A program made the translations under genes and the position numbers. Shown in pieces: positions 60,348 to 64,000 of a DNA stretch of 64,000 bases. The DNA is from Eledone cirrhosa (taxonomy: Eukaryota). Every line of letters begins with the position of its first letter. Within the stretch, counting starts at the first letter, position 1. Location of the stretch: positions 23,002,001-23,066,000 of the forward strand of contig OZ024749.1 in assembly GCA_964016885.1 (NCBI GenBank). Reading direction: 5' to 3'. The notes under the pieces are model-generated. The model was not told where the DNA came from. It saw only the letters and a program-made list of their open reading frames with translations, and did not search any database.

Positions 60348-60467
60348 AAGGCGTGTGGTTGAGTGGTTAGAGAATTGGATTCGCAATCGTAAGGTTGTGA
60401 GTTCGATTCCTGGACCAGGCGATGCGTTATGTCCTTGAGCAAGACACTTTATTTCACGTTGCTCCTT
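60348..60467 (+). mobile_element. tRNA-derived SINE head (second family)
   Basis: A box TGGTTGAGTGG, B box GAGTTCGATTCC, then TGTCCTTGAGCAAGACACTT. Confidence 0.75.
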
Positions 60468-60559
60468 CTACCTGGAGTTGCGACCGATAGATAGTATTAG
60501 CAATTGGAAAGACCAACGGAAGCATTGTTCCCTCGGTCCGATTTGACGAAAGTCGATCG

Positions 60560-62030
60560 TCTCCTTATTATATATATGTATCTGCGTGTGGGTGTGTATA
60601 TGTATGCATGTGTGGGGGTGTGTGAGTGTGTTTATGAGTGTATATAATTGTGTATCTGCGTGTGTGTGTGTGTGTGGGTGTGTCTGTGTTTAAGTGTGTA
60701 TGTATGTATGAGTGGAGGTGCGAGTGTGTTTATGAGTGTAAGTGTGTGTGTATCTGCTTGTGTGTGGGTGTGTGGGTGTGTTTGTGTTTATGTGTGTATG
60801 TATGTGTGTGTGGGGGTGTGAGTGTGTTTATGTGTGTATGTGTATGTGTATCTGCGTGTGTGTGTGTGTGTGGGTGTGGGTGTGTGGGTGTGTTTGTGTT
60901 ATGTGTGTATGTATGCATGTGTGTGTGTGTGGGTGGATGGGGGGGGATGAGTGTGTTTATGAGTGTATGTATGTGTGTATCTGCGTGTGTGTGTGTGTGT
61001 GTGTTTGTGTTATGTGTGTATGTATGCATGTGTGGGTGTGTGTGAGTGTTTATGAGTGTTTATATGTGTGTATCTGCGTATGTGTGTGTGTGTGGGTGTG
61101 TGGATGTGTTTGTGTTATGTGTGCATGTATGCATGTGTGGGGGTGTGAGTGTGTTTATGAGTGTAAGTGTGTGTGTATCTGCTTGTGTGTGGGTGTGTGG
61201 GTGTGTTTGTGTTTATGTGTGTATGTATGTGTGGGGGTGTGAGTGTGTTTATGTGTGTATGTGTATGTGTATCTGCGTGTGTGTGTGGGTGTGGGTGTGT
61301 GGGTGTGTTTGTGTTATGTGTGTATGTATGCATGTCTGTGGGTGTGTGAGTGTGTTTATGAGTGTATGCATGTGTGTATCTGCGTGTGTGTGGGTGAGGG
61401 GTGGGGGTGGGGTTTGTGGGGTTTGTGTTATGTGTGTATGTATGCATGTGTGTGTGGGGGGGGGGTTATGAGTGTATGTATGTGTGTATCTGCGTGTATG
61501 TGTGTGTGTGTGTTTGTGTTATGTGTGTATGTATGCATGTGTGGGGGTGTGTGAGTGTGTTTATGAGTGTTTATATGTGTGTATCTGCGTATGTGTGTGT
61601 GTGTGTGTGGGTGTGTAGATGTGTTTGTGTTATGTGTGCATGTATGCATGTGTGGGGGTGTGAGTGTGATTATGAGTGTAAGTGTGTGTGTATCTGCTTG
61701 TGTGTGGGTGTGTGGGTGTGTTTGTGTTTATGTGTGTATGTATGTGTGGGGGTGTGAGTGTGTTTATGTGTGTATGTGTATGTGTATCTGCGTGTGTGTG
61801 TGGGGGGGTGTGGGTGTGTGGGTGTGTTTGTGTTATGTGTGTGTGTGGGTGGTGGTGTTTATGAGTGTATGTATGTGTGTATCTGCGTGTGTGTGTGTGT
61901 GTGTGTGGTTGTGTTATGTGTGTATGCATGTGTGGGGGTGTGTGAGTGTGTTTATGAGTGTTTATATGTGTGTATCTGCGTATGCGTGTGTGTGTGCGTG
62001 TGTGTATGTGCATATGCATACATTTATATG
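60560..62030. repeat. (GT)n-derived higher-order minisatellite
   Basis: Recurrent GTATCTGCGTGTG and TTTATGAGTG blocks. Confidence 0.88.
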
Positions 62031-62874
62031 TATGAGTATATAAATATTAACGTGCAAACACAGACATACTTACAAAACACACACTCACAGACATACATTC
62101 ACACAAAAACAAATATATTTACACAAACACTCACATACACATACACTCACACACAGCGTAGTAAATGAAACACCAGCTGCTGTTTTGCTATACTTTTTCA
62201 CCATCCCCTTCCTTCCTTTTACACACACATACTTTCACACAGACACACACATTGTGTGACGGACGGGCGGAAGTTAGTCAAATTTATATATACATTTTTA
62301 TATCTGTGTGTATGCAGTTTGTAGTACTTATATTGTCTCTCTGTCTTATATTCACCTGCATTATGTCTGTGTCTATAAAGTGATTAAGAGTGGCCAATGG
62401 TGACTTCTTTTTCCATCTTTAAAGGTCTTCATTCTATTTTATAAGATTTTGTTATATCATCTCCGGGCATGAGCACAGCGTTCTTTATATTAACATCATT
62501 ATAAGTCATTTCTGTATGTATTATATACATTTGGATATTTCTGGTGTGTTAACAGCACATTACATAATTTATATGTATGAAATGTCTAGTATAAGTATAT
62601 TCTCTGTGTTGTGTGTACACATATCTATATTTCTATTGTATAGCAGTACCCTACGTAATAAATATGCGTGTATGAAGTATCTAGTATGAGTATATTCTCT
62701 ATGTTGTTATATATTCATGTATATTTGTATTGTATTAGCAGCACTCTACATAATATATATGATTGTACGCAGTGACTAATATAAGAATTCCTTCTCGGTT
62801 GTATTTCCATCAAGTCATGTGGTTTCAGTAATGTGGTTGTCTATGGTATATATCTCATGTCCATAACGAGAGTG

Positions 62875-63770
62875 CTGGATTAGTCGAATTGTTAGTGTTA
62901 TGGGTTCAAATCAGGCCGAGATGAACTTTGCTTTTCTTCCTTCCAAGGTCTATAAATGAAAGTACCAGTCAAGTACTGGGGTCGATATAACAGACATTCC
63001 GTTTCCTCTAAATTGCAGGTATTGGGCCTAAATTAAAGAGCACTTGCCTTTCATACTTACATGGCCGCTAAAATAAAGTACCAGACACACACTGGGTCGA
63101 TTTAATCGGCTTATCCCTTTCCCTTAAAATTACTGGCTTTGTGCTATATGTAGAAACTATTGTTATACCCATAATTGCGGGTATAGGTAGAGCGTCGGAC
63201 AACATGCTTCGCGGCATATAGTTTTGTCCCTTTACGTTCTGAGATCAATTCACGGTGAGGTTAGCTTAGGTTTACATCCTAACGTCGTCGATAAAATAAA
63301 GTACCAGTAATGCACTCGAGTAGATTGAATCGACTTTCCCATTCTCCAAAATTGTTGGCGTTGTGCCTAAGTTAGAAACCATATATATATCTACCTTTCT
63401 TAGTCTGTTTTATTTATTTTGGAATTATTATTTTTTTTTATCACATTAATATTTGTATTTGGATTTAGGGTATCTGAACGTGTTTTGTGACATCTAGCTA
63501 CAACCCTTCATGTTCTGTGTTCAAATCTCACCGTGGTCAAATTTACCGTTCATCTATCAGGCTTCGATAAAATAAAATACCAGTAAAAAACTACGGTTCA
63601 ATATAATGTTTTCAGGCATCTGATTACAACCCTTTACGATATGTGTTCAAATTTCACCCAGGTCAAATTTACCGTTCATCTATCAGGCATTGATAAAATA
63701 AAATACCAGTAAAATACTAGGGTTCAATTCAATCAGTTTTCTCGTTACCATAAGTTGTTAGACTGGTGCC
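62875..63770 (+). mobile_element. Cluster of about five diverged SINE copies
   Basis: AAATAAA(G/A)TACCAG-type core at ~62955, 63070, 63293, 63568, 63696. Confidence 0.75.
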
Positions 63771-64000
63771 AACAACAACAAAACATTGATTAATTTTTTG
63801 TGTGTATGGAGTAATATTTTGAAGCATTTTGCTGTTCCTGTTTTGGCAATATTTCCACATTTTCCCAAGAAGTTGATACCAAGATTAAAAAGTGTAACCT
63901 GAGTCGGTCTGCTTATGTTTTTATGGAAGACCAACGAAATTCATCGTTCTGTGTCAACACCATAAGTATACTTACTATAAACGAGAGTCTGCTTAACATA

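Noticed and set aside
60348-60420. tRNA gene
   Set aside because: Acceptor stem does not close and the sequence continues into a SINE body.

Overview
AT-rich eukaryotic DNA saturated with microsatellites ((TA)n, (CA)n, (GA)n, (ATT)n, (GAA)n, (GGT)n). The composition and the dominant tRNA-derived SINE suggest an octopus/cephalopod intron or intergenic region (inference). No host gene can be supported; most ORF-track entries are microsatellite translations. The one substantial ORF (10623-13034, minus strand) is a Penelope-like element (PLE) with RT, a Cys-rich linker and a C-terminal GIY-YIG endonuclease. The main structure is about 15 insertions in (TA)n tracts, from several families without obvious shared sequence, built the same way: two copies of an element 3' end fused head-to-head (a foldback), both 3' ends facing outward, one arm longer than the other. 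In three families with 2-3 copies each, the short arm ends at the same nucleotide while the inner junction differs. Many of these inserts carry a type I hammerhead ribozyme motif (about 9 distinct designs), including a U3-A8 core variant and a recurrent U10.1/U11.1 pair. One insert is a ~658-bp partial tandem, as expected from a circular or multimeric RNA template. R4/Dong-like LINEs, Tx1/L1-like LINEs and SINEs occupy (ATT)n tracts instead. A hAT MITE nested in a SINE, a CRE-like fragment and several minisatellites are also present. Coordinates were read by eye and may be off by a few nt.
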